The position numbers were made by a program, and so were the translations under genes. A DNA stretch of 64,000 bases, taken from the NCBI RefSeq assembly GCF_009914755.1, contig NC_060927.1; one strand, written 5' to 3'. The stretch is from the human T2T-CHM13v2.0 reference genome, Homo sapiens. The number at the start of each line of letters is the position of its first letter. Position 1 is the stretch's first letter. Below the pieces are notes generated by a model that saw only the letters and a program-made list of their open reading frames with translations, did no database searches and was not told where the DNA came from. Shown here in pieces: positions 28,702 through 43,317 of the stretch.

Positions 28702-29896
28702 TTATTGCTAGTAAAGCCAAAAGCTACAAATTGGATTATGGCTTCCCTGTCCAGGCATTTTGAGTTCCATTAATTGGACATTACTCAGCATGGAAATCTA
28801 AGACCTTCATCAACCACCCTGTTTCCTCCCTCCCCGTTCCAGACACTCACTTGCAAAGTTAAAAGTGGGAAGCTAGGCTTCAATACTGATTTCTCTTAAA
28901 AGCTCTCAGAAAATTAACCATAGACTTTCATAAAACAGGAAGTTCAATGGACCAAATTTTTAACAAAAGTGTCTATGAGGGGAGATTTGTAGGAAATTTA
29001 AACAGTCATTATAGGATCTAAAACCAAATTTTATGTGCAATAAATACAACAAATTTGGGGTAACAGCAAGATATCTGGATTGTGTAATTATTTGAACAGT
29101 TGTATGTTACATTTTCCTTGTCACTTACAAGGGATGCTACTCCTAAAGAAAATATCTACCATCAATAATTCCAAAACAATTATGTCTAGCAGTGGTTTTA
29201 CCGGGGGATAGAAGCCAGTGACTAAAAATAACATCTAGGGACAAATATCCCTATTCAATTACCTTTGCTTTCTCTGGGGTATCTGGAATTGGCTCATTCC
29301 TAAGTGCGTGCCGGTGTAAGAAATGCACTCTGTGGGGATGCTCTCTTTAAACATTTCTTAGCTATTTAAAATTTTCCTGTGTCACCAGCAGATTTCAAAT
29401 TGCCGGCTAGTAGAAAATGGAAATTCACAGTATGACTTTTACTTCTCACTCAGTAAGCAAAATTAACACTGTTATGCTTCCCTCCCAGAAAAGTTGCAAA
29501 GGAGGACAAAAGCCACATGAGAGACACTTTTCCCAAGACATCTACTACCTGGCGGCCTCACTGCTTTGTGACTTAATGTTATATCCAACCCTGCATCTTT
29601 AATTGAGTCTCAACCCGGAGGGCACATGCAGATCTCTCAGCACCATACAATATGTGCTTCCTTTGCAGGTTTATGTAGGTGGAAGTCATACAGCAACAGC
29701 TCATGGAGGAATTTAGTAGAAGTTAAATAGTGCTCCTCTAAGAGTCAGAATAGATATTGGGACTTCCCACAATTTAGGAATATCTCTTGAAGGGTCCACT
29801 TTGGTAAAACAACCAAATCAACAACATACAGCAGACCCCCAAACACTCCAACAATGCTACCTTGACAGGTGTTAGGAAGAGGCCCCAAATATTCAC

Positions 29897-29997
29897 CTTT
29901 ACATGGTACCTGAAGGAGCATTAGGCTCAAAACACAGGATCATTTCTGGGGAGCAATGGCCCTCAAGTCACATCTTCTCATTCTAGCTCCAGCATCA
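29897..29997 (-). CDS. RIOX2: RIOX2 alternative 101-nt cassette exon with in-frame stop (gives a 280-aa truncated form)
   Basis: ttggacag|T GAT GCT GGA GCT AGA ATG AGA AGA TGT GAC TTG AGG GCC ATT GCT CCC CAG AAA TGA...AAAG|gtgaat. Consistent with my recollection of a 280-aa MINA53 isoform caused by a 101-bp insertion. Confidence 0.75.
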
Positions 29998-30799
29998 CTG
30001 TCCAAGACACAGGTCAAAATCCAGCCTGGACACATTGATCATGGTACCCACCCACAATCCTAAGCAGGCAACTTCTGTAACTTAGGAAGCTCTTCCCAGC
30101 CCCAGCTGAAAAGAGAAGAAATGAATAGGACCCAGGGGCAGCCGGCCAGTTCCTCACTCTTGGGATTGGGAAACAGAGAGTGAGTCAGGTCCTTAGCAGA
30201 AGCAAAAGCTAACAGGGTCAATGAGATGGAGGTCAGAGTAGCAACTGGTGATGGCCTAATGTTATGAGTAAACAGAAGCTGAAGAAGGAACAGAAGGGAG
30301 AAAACACCAGTCACTAGAAAACCAGTTGGTAGCAGCAAGAGAAATGGAAAAGAGAATTACAGAAAGGGAGTACCTGAGAAACATTAACGATGGGACACCC
30401 ACAGATGCACGGATATTCAAAGGGCCAAACTATGTGGTCCAGAACTGCTCTGAATCCAGAATGGACTTCTAATTCCAGCCTCTCTGTAGCCTGGAGTTTC
30501 TAGGACTCACTCCCTCAAGTGACCCTGCACTTCTTGAGCTGGCTTTGGTGACTTTCTGTCCCTTAAAATGCAAGGAACCTACCTAGCCAAAGTGATGAGG
30601 GCATTTTTCAAAATGGAAGCCTAATACAAACTTGGGCCTTCTACTTGTGGGAAAGATAGCACTAAACTAGGGCCAGGCCTCAGCTAATTCCTCCAGTAAG
30701 TCTTTTAAATGTAGAGGTGAAATTCACACTGAAAAGTCTGATGAGGAAGCAGAGGTATGCTTACTAACTTGTTTTGCAAGTTCTGGCCCTGAAGGTAGG

Positions 30800-31110
30800 A
30801 GGTGACTTGCCGTCCCTTGGACCTAGAATGTCCTCTCCTACTCTGATCTGCTGACCCACCCCTACTTACTCATCCTTTAAGACTCACTCAGCATTGGTGT
30901 CATTTCTGAAGGCTTCTCTAATGCCCCTACTTAGCTAAATGCATTCCTCTATGCTCCAAGAGTCTCCTCTGCAAACTTACAATAGAATTTATCACACCAT
31001 CTCTTCTCCTACAACCAATTCCAAAGTATAAGCTCTCTCAAAACCCCTTCGATAAAATCCTTGAATTCCCAGCAACAAACACAATGTCTAGTACATATTT
31101 GTTTAACACA
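30800..31110 (+). mobile_element. LINE-2 3' fragment
   Basis: cctacttactcatcctttaagactcactcagc...tttctgaaggcttctct...ttcccagcaacaaacacaatgtctagtacata. Confidence 0.6.
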
Positions 31111-31125
31111 TTAACTCATGACTAG

Positions 31126-31428
<303 letters not shown>

Positions 31429-31639
31429 TGATTAGTATTTTTAAATATGATTTGGACCAGCAAGGTTGCTGCTTTTTGGATATAACTCACACAGCACTGC
31501 CACCCAGTGAGGAGGTACTAGCTGAAATGAACATGATTTTAATTGGAACTGCTGTCAGCACATGCACTTTAGTTCCTGCTGTTCCAGACTGCCTGTCCTA
31601 CTTTAACTTCATGGACTGTAAAAAGAGAAACCCTCAAAG

Positions 31640-31815
31640 AGACCAAGAGATTTCAATGGGTACAGAGTTTCTGTTGGAATAAACATGTTTTAGAAACGAA
31701 TAGTGGTGATGGCTGCACAAGAGTGTGAATGTAATTAATGTCAAACTATGCTTTAAAATGGTTTAAAATGGTATATTTTATGTTCTATATATTTTATCAT
31801 ATTAAAAAAAAAGAG
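31640..31815 (+). mobile_element. L1M (L1MB-like) 3' end
   Basis: atgggtacagagtttctgtt...tagtggtgatggctgcacaa...aaaatggt...ttttatgtt...ttttatcat plus A-tail. Confidence 0.75.
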
Positions 31816-32135
31816 AGAGAGTATGAGCCCAGCCTGGCATCACTAACACACTGATGTACCCACAGCTAGTCTCTTTCTTTCCAAACTATGTGACTCTCTA
31901 TTTGGGCAATGCCCCACATCCTACAGAGTCAGGTTCATGATGTCCCCAGAAGCAAGTCCAGAGGGACCAGTCACATACATGGGACATCAAAGGAATGTGG
32001 AAGTCAGTAAAGGACATAAACCCTGGGGTTTGCATAGGAGGTAGGGGCCAACTCCCTCATATCCCTCCTGAATGTGGCTGCTGCAGGCCAGGACTCAGAG
32101 CTGTCCTAGCATGTGCAGCTGGGAGGCAGTGTTTA

Positions 32136-32240
<105 letters not shown>

Positions 32241-33455
32241 CTAAAGGAAGGAATAGGAAAGGGTAGAGAAGTTAATAAGTATTCCTTCTCAGTCCTCTTC
32301 ATTTCAGGGAGATAAATATGGGCTTTGAGTCTCAGTTCTCCATTCTAGAAACCACAACCTCAAGGCACAGTCTATATGCTGGGCTCATGTCGTGTGCAGC
32401 TAGTCTAGCTTCTCTGTGTCCGTGAGCCTGTCACTGTTAACCATGATCCACGAGAGGCTCTCGGTGCCTGAAGTCACTATCTTTTCATTCTCAAGCTGAG
32501 ACTAGACTCACCTGAGACTACCCTGCCCTGATGCAGGGATCAAGGAAGGTAACATCCTGTGCCTGGGACGCCTGCTTCCTCCCTCTTGCATGCTTCAGTG
32601 GTTAAGAGTAGGAGCTTGAATTTAGAGTCACACAGACACAGCCACTTACTGGCTGATGATCTGGCAATTTACCTGCCCAAAGCCTCAGTTTCTTTATCTG
32701 TAAAATGAAGTTTAATAGCCCCAAACCTTACAGGATTATTTTGAGGATTAGAGATGCTGCTTCCAAGCTCTTAGGGCAATGATGGGCATGTGATTGGATT
32801 ATATGATTTTATCCGCCAGTCCCCCACTTCCTGATAATTTTTGAGTACTTCTAGGCGCAGGGTCTGTATCTTACCATCTTGTCTTTCCCAGAGCCTACCC
32901 TAGCAAAGCACCTAGCACTCAACACAGGCTCAATGAATGTTGGGATGAATTGAAAAACTATACAATCCCTATTTCAACTGAAAAATAAGATGTAATCAAA
33001 AATTCATCATTTTCTTGGGCAGCTGAGCCTCCTCTACCCTATTCCAAGTGGGTGGACCAAAACATTCTCCCCAAATTACTCCTGCCCTGAGCTGCCTCCT
33101 TCCCAATCCCACTCAGGCCAAAATATTCCATGTAGCAGCTACCTATGGAGAAAAGAGGGAATCTTGAGGGCAGCTCATCTTCTCTCTGCAACTACAAGAG
33201 GTAGTCTAGTGCAATGGTTAAGACCATGAGCCCTGGAGAAAGAGCTCAAGAAATGCCAGCTTAAAAAAAAAAATTAAGATTCTCCTCAAAGCAAGAGGAA
33301 TATATCATGATATATATTCATAAGAGCTATCTTAGTTGCAAATTTTCCCTGAATGACAACAAACTGACAGTACTTCAAGTAAATGCTTTACTGATAATTA
33401 TAACTATCATTTACTGAGTGTCTCTGTGCCAGCCTGAGTGAGACTCTCAGGTATA

Positions 33456-34001
33456 CAGTCACATGCCACTTAACAATGGGGTTATGTTCTGAGAAAAGTG
33501 GTATGTCACTGCGCAAACATCAGTGTACTTACAAATCTAGGTAGTATAGTGTACTACCTACATTACATGGTACAGCCTACTGCTCCTAGGCTCCAAACCT
33601 ATACAGCATGTGACTGTACTGAATACTGTAGAAAACTGTAACACAATGGTGTTTGTGTACTTAAATATATCTAAACGTGGACAAGAAAAAACACAGTATA
33701 AACAATAATAAATGGTACATCTACATAGGACTGGAAGTTACTCTGGGTGAGCCCGTCAGTGATGGTAAGTGAATGGGAGAGCCTAGGGCCCTACTGTACA
33801 CTTTTATATGACTAGCAAAGAAGTAGGGTTGTTTAGACCAGCATCACCACAAACACGTGAGTAATGCGTAGCACTACAACATTTTACAATGGCTACAATA
33901 ACACTAGGTGATAGGAATTTTTCAGCTTCATTATAACCTTATGGGACAACTGTCACATATACAGTCTGTTGTTGACTAAAATGTCAACTGGCACATGACT
34001 A
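33456..34001 (+). mobile_element. Tigger3-family (TcMar) non-autonomous DNA transposon
   Basis: ta|cagtcacatgccacttaacaatggggttatgttctgagaaa ... gttgactaaaatgtc...gcacatgacta|ta; TA flanks. Confidence 0.8.
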
Positions 34002-34049
34002 TATTTCATTCATTTCATACACATTTGCCCCACCCTCCTGGCTGGAAAA

Positions 34050-34220
34050 CGTAAGTAAACATTCTCCCCTACAGCCTCCTGAAGGAATGCAGTACAGCAA
34101 CCCTAGAGAGATCCCTTTTAGTCTCCTGACCTTCAGAAGCATAAAATAATGAATTTATGTTGTTTTAAACCATTGAGTTTGTGGTAATTTGACAAGAAGC
34201 AACAGAAAAACTCAGACAGA
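34050..34220 (+). mobile_element. MLT1 LTR 3' fragment
   Basis: cccctacagcctcctgaaggaatgcag...ctgaccttcagaa...tgttgttttaaaccattgagtttgtggtaatttg. Confidence 0.7.
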
Positions 34221-34243
34221 CATACAGATATTGCCTCTAAAGA

Positions 34244-34552
<309 letters not shown>

Positions 34553-34961
34553 TAAAGGAGGCAGCAAAATAATATTTTTCAATCCTCATAGCCTGCAAGG
34601 TAAATATCATGATCTCTGTTTTAATAAAGAGGAAACTGAGACTTGGATTAATAACTTGACCAAGGACATACAGCTAATAAGTGACAGCAGCTGAATTCAA
34701 ACTCAGATCTGTCAGATCCCTGAGCCACAGAGTGGTGTTTCCATCACAGGCGTGATCTCATCCTGGGAGTCTGGGTCTGCAGATGAACTGCACGGGCTGC
34801 CACTAGCATAGGGGAAAGAAGCGGATAAGGGCTCCAAGACCCCCACTGTCACCCTCCCATGCCCATCCCTCAACCACAGCCACTAAGCCTTTCTATTTCA
34901 TCTTTGGGCATTGACACAAGGTTTCGCCTGAAGAGGCCCACTGGTTAAAAGCTCAAATGTG

Positions 34962-35260
34962 GGCCAGGCGCAGTGGCTCACGCCTGTAATCCCAGCACTT
35001 TGGGAGGCCGAGGCAGGTGGATCACGAGGTCAGGAGTTTGAGACCAGCCTGGCGAACATGGTGAAACCGTCTCTACTAAAGATACAAAAAATTAGCCGGG
35101 CATGGTGGTAGGCAGCTGTAATCCCAGCTACTCGGGAGGCTGAGGCAGGAGAATTGCTTGAACCCGGGAGGCGGAGGTTTCAGCTAGCTGAAATCACGCC
35201 ATTGCACTCCAGCCTGGGTGACAGGGTGAGACTCTGTCTTAAAAAAAAAAAAAAAAAAAA
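34962..35260 (+). mobile_element. Alu (AluS)
   Basis: ggccaggcgcagtggctcacgcctgtaatcccagc...A20 tail. Confidence 0.97.
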
Positions 35261-35557
35261 TGACATGCACATACACATACACACTTGAACAATACTGTAC
35301 AACATGGTCTTTCTCTGTCCAGGAGACTCAGTGCATCTCCTAATGGACTCTGTGTTGACTGTTTAATGGGCATGGGCATGGCAACAATACAAAGAATCCA
35401 CACCCTTTACACTTAAAGGCCACTATGAAGCCTGACCTTCTCGGGCAGAGCAAGTAGCCAGGTCACCGGCCTGAGTAACTCAGCCCTGACTTCCGAGAGT
35501 ACAGATGGCTTAGTCTTTAAAGATAACCAACCGTGAATCTATGTAAACATGATGCAA

Positions 35558-35775
35558 CAAAGCTGGCAACCTCTGTGAAGAGCCAAATGGAAAGACAGTA
35601 CGTATTTTTGGTTTGCGGGCCATGTGATCTCTGTGGCAACTAGTCCGCTCTGCTGGTGTAGTATGAACACAGGACATTAAGGAATGGGTGTGGCTGTGTT
35701 CCAATAAACTACTTACAAAAACAGGCAGCAGGCCAGATTTTCTGGTCCATGGGCCACAGTTTGATGACCACTGAC
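35558..35775 (+). mobile_element. MER58-like hAT-Charlie MITE
   Basis: tttgcgggccat...gggtgtggctgtgttccaataaac...caggcagcaggccagattt...gggccacagtttgatgacc. Confidence 0.8.
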
Positions 35776-36574
35776 TAAAAGCATAAAAAAAACCAGTAAG
35801 GTTACCTTTACTGTTGTTTATTGATTTAAGTCTCCTGTAATATAGGCACCCATCCTAAACAGCAAGATTGTTTCCCTTAGTTACTGGGAGGTAGGTAAGG
35901 ATTTTGAAATCAAGAAACACACAAGGCATTGAGTAAGAAACAGGCTAATTATAACTTCGAGACACAAGAAAAACAATAAGTATATGCAAATGTGTCAGGT
36001 TGGTAGAATCTTTGGAATGGTTTAAAATAACTATTGTTTTATTGCTAAAGGAAATTAAGTTACATGTTTTAAGAAAGAGTATAAAGTTGAATTATGGAAC
36101 TACTCCTATCCATGTAACGTTCTTTTCCTCAACAACCTCTTCTGCTGGGGATTGGCTATGTTCCCATCGATGTTAACTGCTCAAAGACAGATTTTCTCAG
36201 CAGCAAGATGCCAAGGAACCTGCACATGATTAAGCCACCTGAATCCCCAGAGAAGGAATCCTCAAGAACTTTCCTGATTACTACTGTTCTGGTAACTATG
36301 CAGGGGGCACAGAGATAGCCTGACATATAACCAGGATGAAAATGAGTCACACTGGAATTTTAGCAACAACAACAAAAAAAACTAAGGGATCCCTGGCTAT
36401 GTTCTGCCTAAGCAACTTCCAGCCCTGTGCTGACCATCGTCTTGGATGTGGAGAAGCTGCCCAAGGCCAGAGCTTCCATTTTTCCTCTAGAGGAGTCAGT
36501 GGTTCACTGAATTCTCTTTCTTCCTGTTGGACTTGAACTGTACATGAAAACAGGTTATTTGGGAAATGAACTTA

Positions 36575-36925
<351 letters not shown>

Positions 36926-37028
36926 CTAGAGACCCACAAGGCCCAGGAGCATCAGAGAGCTTCCTGACAACTCACACACAAAGTGCTTCCGGACTATTAG
37001 CCCTCTAAGGGGCTAATAGACAAATATA

Positions 37029-38332
37029 TAGGTGAACCTTGAACAACACAGGTTTTTTTTTTTTTTTTTTTTTTTTTAGTTGTTATAGACAGTCTCATTC
37101 TCCTGGCCAGGCTGGAGTGCAGTGTCACAATTACAGCTCACTGCAGCCTCTCAAACTCCTGGGCTCCAATGATCCTCTTGCCCTAGCTTCCTGTGTAGTT
37201 GGGAAGCTGGCATGCACCACAGCTCCCAGCTAATTTATCTTCTTTGTAGAGATGGGGTGTCACTTTGTTGCCCAGAATGGTCTTGAACTCCTGGCTTTAA
37301 GCACTCCTCTCACCTGGGCCTCCAAAAGTGATTACAGGCGTGAGCCACCACGCCTGGCCTAACAGCATGGGGATGAACCGTGCAGGTCCGCTTATATGCT
37401 GATTTTTTTCAATAAATTATATTGGAAAATTTGGAGGAGATTTGCAACAATTTGAAAAACATGAAAAATATCAAAAGAATTAAGAATGTCATAAATGCAT
37501 CAAATATAAAAACATATGTAGATACTAGTCTATCATCTACTACCATAAAATATTCACAAATCTATTACAGAAGGTTAAAATTTATCAAAACTTACCTATA
37601 CAAATACTTCTAGACCACCATTTGCAGTCAAGAAATGTAAACAAACTTAAAGATGCAATATGGAATAGCTGAATAAAATTAACTTTAGTACATATTGTAC
37701 TACTGTAATAATTTTGTGCTACCTCCTGTTGCTATTGCCACGAGCTCAAGTGTGATGCTAATTATCTCCACATGAGCAGTTCCTCTCTCCAGTGAATTGT
37801 GTATCACAGTAAAAAATGATCTCTCAACAGTTCTTGTGTATTTTTCATCATGTTTAGTGCAACAACTTAAGCCGTGAATAACACCATGGGACCCATATGA
37901 TGTGCCACTACTGCTACTGCAAGTACTCCCGAGAAACAGAAAAAAGTCGTAACGTTACAAGAAAAAGTTGAATTGCTTGATGTGTATTGTAGATTAAGGC
38001 CTGCAGCTGTGGCTACCCACCATTTCAGATGGACAATTCAGCTTGTAAACAAATGATGTAAACTTACGGTACTGATAAACACAATATTAAAAATACTTTT
38101 CCCTTTCTTATAATTTTAATAACTTTTCTCCAGGTTCCTTTACTGAAGAATAAAGTATATAACACATATAACATACAAAATAAGTGTTAACCAATTTATG
38201 CTATCAGTAAGATATCTAGGCAATGGAAGGCTACTAGTAGTTAAGTTTTAGGGAAGTCAAAAGTTACAAGCAGATTTTTGACTGCATGAGGTGTTGGCAC
38301 CACTAACCCCCACACTGCACAAGGGTCAAGTT
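37029..38332 (+). mobile_element. Tigger2-family DNA transposon with residual transposase N-terminus, interrupted by an Alu
   Basis: TIR-like taggtgaaccttgaacaacacagg ... gcacaagggtcaag; ~37887-38030 encodes a degenerate pogo-like PEKQKKVVTLQEKVELLDVYCRLRPAAVATHHF. Confidence 0.8.
37053..37359 (-). mobile_element. Alu (AluJ-like) inserted at the Tigger2 left terminus
   Basis: Reverse dimer; degenerate TSD aacaacacagg/aacagcatggg. Confidence 0.92.
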
Positions 38333-39290
38333 TCCGATAAAAAATAAAAATGAAAGATGAGAAATGCATGTCATTCCACAGTTAAACAAAAGTTGCCACT
38401 ACTGGGTTTTATTTTTAAAAACGGAATCGTGAATCCTGACACTGGATATTCATTCTTTTCACTTTCTTAGAGCCTCGCTGAGTTCTTTATATCCCACTAT
38501 CTCATTCCTTTAAATCTTCTATCAGACAGCTAAAAGCCCATAATCTCTGATGGAAAAGCCAAGCTTCAGATATTACTGAATGTCTAAATCCTGAATGTTG
38601 AAAGGGCCTGGGGAGATAGGAAAACTTCGAGTTTTTTATTCTTTATTCAGTCAAAGATATTCTATTAAAAATATTAAAAATAACATTTTGTGAAAATGTA
38701 TTGATGTCAAATTGCTATCAAAGGAGAAAAAGGGGACTTTTTACCAATAACTCTGTGTTTACACCTTATATTAGGACAAAAATAAAACTATGGAATACAT
38801 AAGCCAAAGAGTTAAATTTTTTTGGAAGCCATATCAGAGTGAAATCAACACTTGTCAAGATGCCAATGCTTAAGTGAAACCATGACCCTCATTCAAGCTG
38901 CCCCAAGATTTTCACAAATGGAAAATATATACATATTTTTGGCAGCTACTGAAAAAGAACAAAATGAAAGCACATGGAGGATTATTTGTGACCTCATCTT
39001 ATTAAAGACCATACTTTGTGAAATTAAAGGAAAAGCCAAGCACACCTTTCTGTAGATAAATTCAATAAATACTTGTTTCAGACGAATGTGTGGCTCTTTA
39101 AATTAGTAAGGTTGGAAACAAGCTGTTCCTTTGAGACAGAGCAGGAAACCAGTTTAGTGGGATTTACTTTGGCCCAACATTTTGATGAAATCAATATCTC
39201 AGAAACTGCACAGAAAGAGCGAATACAGACCTAAGAGCCTTAGAGAATAATGTGAACTCACCCTGACAACTCTACTAAACCAGGCTCTCA

Positions 39291-39563
<273 letters not shown>

Positions 39564-39679
39564 CTATTATACACCAGATACTGGGAATTATGCAATGATA
39601 CAGCCAATACCCATGGTCTCAAAAATCTTCCATTCCAGTGCAGAAACACCATGTAACAGACGTGAACAGATAAAGGGAT

Positions 39680-40270
39680 GACTGACAAGGTGGGCAATTG
39701 GGAGTCCGGAAGGCTTTTAAGCAGGGAAGGACACAATCCAATTTACATTTTTGAAAGCTCACCCTGGTTATTGTGTGAAGAATGCACTGTAGAAAAGAGT
39801 GGAAGTCAGAGAGACTAGTGAGGAAGCTTCTCAGGCAGCAGCTCAAGCGAGAAGTGACTGGGGTGGTAAGAAAGGCAAGGAGGGAGGTAGAAGAGTGGGA
39901 TGCACTCTAGAAGCAGCACAGACAGGACTTGCCGACAGACTCAATGTAAAGGAGCGGAGTTAAAAAAAATACTCTTGGGTTTTTGACTTGGGCAATCAGT
40001 TCCCCTTTCCACGTAACGAGATGGGAAAAACTTACTAAAAAACAAGTTTTCAGGACAAAAAAAAGAGTTTTATATTAGGAATGTTAAGTTTGGAATGCTA
40101 AGACCCCCCCCCCCCCCCCACATGGAGATGTCTTTAAGTCGGTCTGAAGTTCTGGCAGAAACTAAGGACTGAAGATTTACACTTGGGAATTGCCTACACA
40201 AAATGGATATTTAAAGCAATGGGAACAGAAATGATAACACGGGAAGAAGGTACAGACAGAGAAGAAATAA
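39680..40270 (-). mobile_element. LINE-2 fragment containing a C16 run
   Basis: aaggcttttaagcagggaag...tacatttttgaaagctcaccctggtta...gacaggacttgccgacagactcaatg...gttaagtttggaatgc. Confidence 0.7.
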
Positions 40271-40429
40271 CAGGCTGGGTAATGTTCCTTCTCTCCACTA
40301 TCAACTCTTCAGAGCAGACATCAGACTTAGGGGCCTAGCGATGGGCCATATATTCCCAGGAGAGAGAAGGAAGTCTGATTTTACCAAGGCTGGTGAGAAG
40401 AGAGGAGGGGGGCAATTAGGCCATGTAGA

Positions 40430-40640
40430 TATTAGCACTTCCTATGTGCCAGGCACTGTCTCCAAGTGCTTTACAAATATCAATTATGCAACCCTCACAA
40501 TAACCCTGCCTCATAAAGAGGGTACTAACATTATCTTCAGTTTACAGATGAGGAAACTGAGGCATGAGACCATGCAACTAGTAAATGATGGAGCCAGGAT
40601 TCAAATTCAGGCAGCATGGCTCCAAAGTCCATACCTTTCA
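40430..40640 (-). mobile_element. MIR SINE
   Basis: ctatgtgccaggcactgt...ttacagatgaggaaactgaggc...gagccaggattcaaattcaggcag. Confidence 0.85.
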
Positions 40641-40875
40641 GAGAATTTAAGAAAAGACAAATCACAAAGGGCACTAAAGAGACTGAAGTTTTAAACATAT
40701 GAATGTACAGTGCCTGGCACACAGACTGCATGACAACATATTTAAATACTTGCTGAGCAAACCAATGGCCACAGCTTGGGAGTCCCTTCTACCACAGGAG
40801 TGAAAAAGAATCCACTGTATTAAAAATATCAAGTGAGAAAGAACTGGGAAGAACTGGGTCAATATGAAAAAAGAC

Positions 40876-41172
40876 TTTTTTAAGACATGGTCTTGCTCTG
40901 TCACCCAGGCTGAAGTGCAGTGGTGTGATCACAATCACAGTTCACTGCAGCCTCGACATCCCAGGCTTAAATGATCCTCCCATCTCAACCTCCCAAGTAG
41001 CTGGGACTGCAGGTGCATGCTACCATGCCCGGCTAATTTTTTTCTCTTATTTTGTAGAGATGGTGGTCTCACTTTGTTGCCCAGGCTGTTGTCAAACTCT
41101 TGGATTCAAGCTATCCTCCTGCTCTGACCTCCCAAAGTGCTGGGATTACAGATGTGAGCCATGGATTTAGCC
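40876..41172 (-). mobile_element. Alu (AluJ-like)
   Basis: Diverged reverse dimer. Confidence 0.92.
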
Positions 41173-42100
41173 AAGGACCTCTTTATACAGACCACTGGGC
41201 TTCTCTATAGATCTCAGAGTTTCTACTTAACACAGAAAAAATAATTTAATGTCATCTGAATAGCTCCAAAGAGTTAACAGAGCTCCAAAAGGGCCTAATC
41301 TATTTCAGGGAAAGGCCAGCAGGACCTGGTTCTGTAATTATTTTTATATAGTAACTGGAACCACTAGAAAACCAGGGCTTCTCTCTCTCTCTTTCTCTCT
41401 CTGATGGTATGAGAGGTCTTTCAGGACTGTATAGGTGATTTTATGGTTCCCGACCCAACTATCAGGGTAACTAATGAATATGTCTCTTTTCTTCTTAAAG
41501 GTTACTGAAAATGCTATCAATGGCACAATTTTTCTATTTCATCTGGACCTTTAGCCTCTGAATCTGCCAACCGTGGCCTACTAGAAGAGATCTGGAGTCA
41601 AACCACCTCGGTTCAAGTTATAATTACAAGCAAGGTGACTTCAGTTGTTTATCTTTAAGATAAAGATATTATCACTCCCACTCAAACACTGTGGCGAACA
41701 GCATAAAACAACTTATCACAAATCCTATTTAAATTGCAAAGCAGTATACAAGCGATATTGCTTTACTAACATTGACTCAAGCACAAACAAGGCTCCTGAA
41801 ACCTGTCTTCTCCTTTACCACAGGATTCGATATCCAGCGAGCCCAAGGAGGACCTAGAACAGTGAAAGGGAGAAGGTGGAAGTCTCTCTCCCGGCTGGCT
41901 GTGACCTCCTCTCTCCACTGACCTACCCGTCAGAATCAAAACTCAACGCCATGGCTAAAATAGAAGACCACGTATATGCCTAAAGAAAGGCAAAAGCAAA
42001 CATATAAAAAGCCCTACTAAATTTCAATACATCTTTCAAAGTATGGTAGGAAAATGCCTTAAATTTGGAGTCAGAAACCCTTATCAGCTTGGAATAGTTA

Positions 42101-42486
<386 letters not shown>

Positions 42487-42954
42487 TGGAACAAAAGCTG
42501 CCCTATTTCAAATGCCTGTTAGAAAGCTCAAAAGTTAAAATATATGAAATTACTTGGTAAACTCTAGCCTGCTAAGCAAAATGCAAATAATTGTGATAAT
42601 TCCTCTCACCAGGACTTTTAATATATGGATTACTGAAAGCAAGTCCAAACAACTTATTATGGCTCCCTGGTTACCTCCTTACTCGTTTTTAAACTAACTA
42701 TACTAATAAGCTGTGCACAGTCTGAGACCCAATAAACAAAGGGCTGCATGTTCACTCTAACAGTCTCTCAACCTGGCCAGGGATAAACTCCTTCTAGACT
42801 TCCTCTGTTCTGACGTTAATATGCCCATTACTAAAGAAACACACACAATGCCAAACCACCTTATAATATAGCACTTAGAATCCAGACTCTAGTGTAAGAC
42901 GGTGAGCTCCTATGGCTTATAGGTCTCTCCAGCACGGGTGGTACAAAGAGATTA

Positions 42955-43317
<363 letters not shown>

